Positions 62,970-64,000 of a stretch of 64,000 bases of DNA are shown in pieces. Each line of letters opens with the position of its first letter. Position 1 is the first letter of the stretch. The translations under genes and the position numbers were made by a program. The stretch lies in the NCBI RefSeq assembly GCF_032444005.1, contig NC_091291.1:101060001-101124000 (forward strand), in the 5' to 3' direction. The notes under the pieces were generated by a model. It saw only the letters and a list, made by a program, of their open reading frames with translations. It was not told where the DNA came from and ran no database searches. Source of the stretch: Ranitomeya imitator. Taxonomy: Eukaryota.

Positions 62970-63654
62970 AATGCAAAAAAAAAAAAAAAAATGCAATATG
63001 GGATTTTCATACATTCCCTTTAATGCAAAGTTGGTAACAGGACTCCACAGGACCTCAGGATCCGGGGTCTGGTTGCAATTGTTATCCCTGTACCCTCTGA
63101 GCTAAGTGATACAAGAATAAACTGTCACAATCTGAAAGGCGACTTCTACTAAGTGTTTAAATGCCGAGGGACGACGAAAAAAATGATTATAAATCTACCA
63201 GCTATCATGGTGAACCTCAGGTATCAGGGGAGGGGGTGCATTCATTCTGGAGCCCCTGCCTGGGGCACCAAGAGAGCTTGTATGGCCCCTAGGAATAAAC
63301 CATAATCCTTGCACCCTTGCAGGACTTATTATCCAGTAAATGTCCTGTAATCCATCTAATACCTCCATTCTTGTGGTGCGCAGTGCTCCCAGGTACCTGA
63401 GCAACCCCCTCAGTAAGCAATCACACAGCACAGGAAAATACAAATAGTTTCTTTACCACATTTAAATGCAGGAAGGTAAAGAAAACAAGCACGGTAGTCA
63501 TATGAGCCCGGAGCAGCAACATAAAGCAGGTACACGTGGATACGGGCAGAAGTGACGGCACTGCTCTGCACTTATACATAATTCTAGATCTCTGCATTTT
63601 ATATTTTTTCCATACAATAGTCATATTGGAAAAATGTCCTCTTGTCATCATCAC

Positions 63655-64000
63655 ATAATGTACTTACTGTAAGCAGCACAGGTAGTGTGTAATAAGCAGT
63701 ACAGGCAGTGTGAAATAGGCAGCACAGGTAGTGTGTAATAAATAGCACAGGTAGTGTGTAATAAGCAGTACAGGCAGTGTGAAATAGGCAGCACAGGTAG
63801 TGTGTAATAAATAGCACAGGTAGTGTGTAGTAAGCAGAACAGGTAGTGTGTAATAGGCAGAACAGGTAGTGTGTAGTAAGCAGTACAGGCTTTGTGTAGT
63901 AAGCAGCACAGGTAGTGTGTAGTAAGCGGTACAGGCTTTGTGTAGTAAGCAGCGCAGGTCATGTGTAATAGGCAGCACAGGTAGTGTGTAGTAGGCTGCA
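63655..64000. repeat. ~23-bp minisatellite (AGCAGCACAGGTAGTGTGTAGTA and variants) running off the right edge
   Basis: Tandem units. Confidence 0.95.

Overview
Vertebrate genomic DNA, almost certainly from a frog (inferred from the hes5 cluster plus T2/Kolobok, hAT, Tc1, L2, Penelope and Helitron-like repeats). The window holds part of an expanded hes5 (bHLH-Orange-WRPW Notch target) cluster. Four intact 3-exon genes can be spliced by hand: A (+, 958-1688), B (-, 10665-11395, a ~99% identical inverted duplicate of A), C (+, 30534-36649, with an intron 2 inflated to 5.5 kb by an L2 LINE nested in a hAT MITE) and D (+, 59954-61349). Between A and B lies a gutted hes5 pseudogene whose 161-bp core promoter is identical to that of A. 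All four genes share a rigid promoter grammar, ATTGG-N8-TGTGGGAA-N46-TATA (inverted CCAAT box, RBPJ site, TATA), although the spacers of A/B, C and D are unrelated. A gene-less copy of this module sits at 42.8 kb. The window also has an intron-containing tRNA-Ile(UAU), an L2 element with a virus-like 2A/StopGo motif (GDISPNPG/P) one base out of frame with an intact APE-RT ORF, a near-intact DD34E Tc1, Penelope termini with variant hammerhead folds, several nested transposon stacks, many minisatellites and an assembly gap (6949-7598). All calls are by eye; no database searches were run.
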